Shown here: positions 40,140 through 64,000 of the stretch, in pieces | Position numbering within the stretch: position 1 is the first letter of the stretch | Layout of the letters: every line of letters starts with the position of its first letter | Assembly: GCA_012295275.1 (NCBI GenBank) | Contig: CM022667.1 | Location: 16,120,001-16,184,000 of the forward strand | Direction of reading: 5' to 3' | Origin: Chrysomallon squamiferum | Taxonomy: Eukaryota > Animalia > Mollusca | Length of the DNA: 64,000 bases | Notes under the pieces: generated by a model | Databases searched by the model: none | What the model was told of the DNA's origin: nothing | The model's input: the letters and a program-made list of their open reading frames with translations, nothing else | Translations under genes and position numbers: made by a program

Positions 40140-40554
40140 TGTTAAACATAATTCAGTTTAAAAGAACATAAATAAAAAATCGTGGGTTTATGTGTAATAT
40201 ATATGTGTGTGTGTGTGTGTGTATTCTTATTTATGGTGCTAAAAAGTTCACGGTAGATAACTCTTGTTTCACGGCATCTCACAGAAACACAGAATGAAAT
40301 TTAATATTAAAAAGCACAAATACAGTTAACAAGCAGCTGCTACCTTATGACGTATGTGGGTGTGTGTTATCCATGCTGTATAAATTACATTGTGCTATCA
40401 AGTTTTCAAGAGCGCTTTATGCTTAACACGGTAATGCAAATCAAAACTAATCGATATTGTACATTCTGATAACCCGTGTTATGTAGGTACTGTGGCCCAG
40501 AGCTAAAACCGCCGCGATTAGGCGAAGTAAAAGTTACTTGTTTGCACAACGATC

Positions 40555-63982
<23,428 letters not shown>

Positions 63983-64000
63983 GTAAGTGTGTGTGTGTGT

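Overview
AT-rich, microsatellite-dense eukaryotic genomic DNA with spliceosomal introns, most consistent with a mollusc (inferred). It holds three head-to-tail + strand genes that I rebuilt by hand from splice sites; most of their exons are missed or mis-framed by the ORF track. Gene 1 (5' end outside the window; 817-25385) encodes sushi-sushi-F-type-lectin-like(FTP)-sushi-short FTP-kringle-kringle-Cys domain. It ends in one ~11.7 kb terminal exon encoding a ~3,800-residue Thr/Ser/Glu mucin stalk (several local frameshifts), a CxC juxtamembrane module and a TM helix. Gene 2 (~28341-35282) encodes a signal peptide, a LamG/ConA-like domain, a short mucin stalk and the same CxC-TM module. Gene 3 (40555 to beyond the window end) is a paralog of gene 1: signal peptide, two sushi domains and at least 10 tandem, highly diverged FTP-like domains. 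Each of those domains is split into two frame-preserving phase-1 exons and lacks the canonical fucose-binding motif. Also present: a Tigger-type DNA transposon relic, an inverted dispersed repeat shared by genes 2 and 3, minisatellites and many microsatellites. All domain calls are by-eye motif recognition, not database searches.
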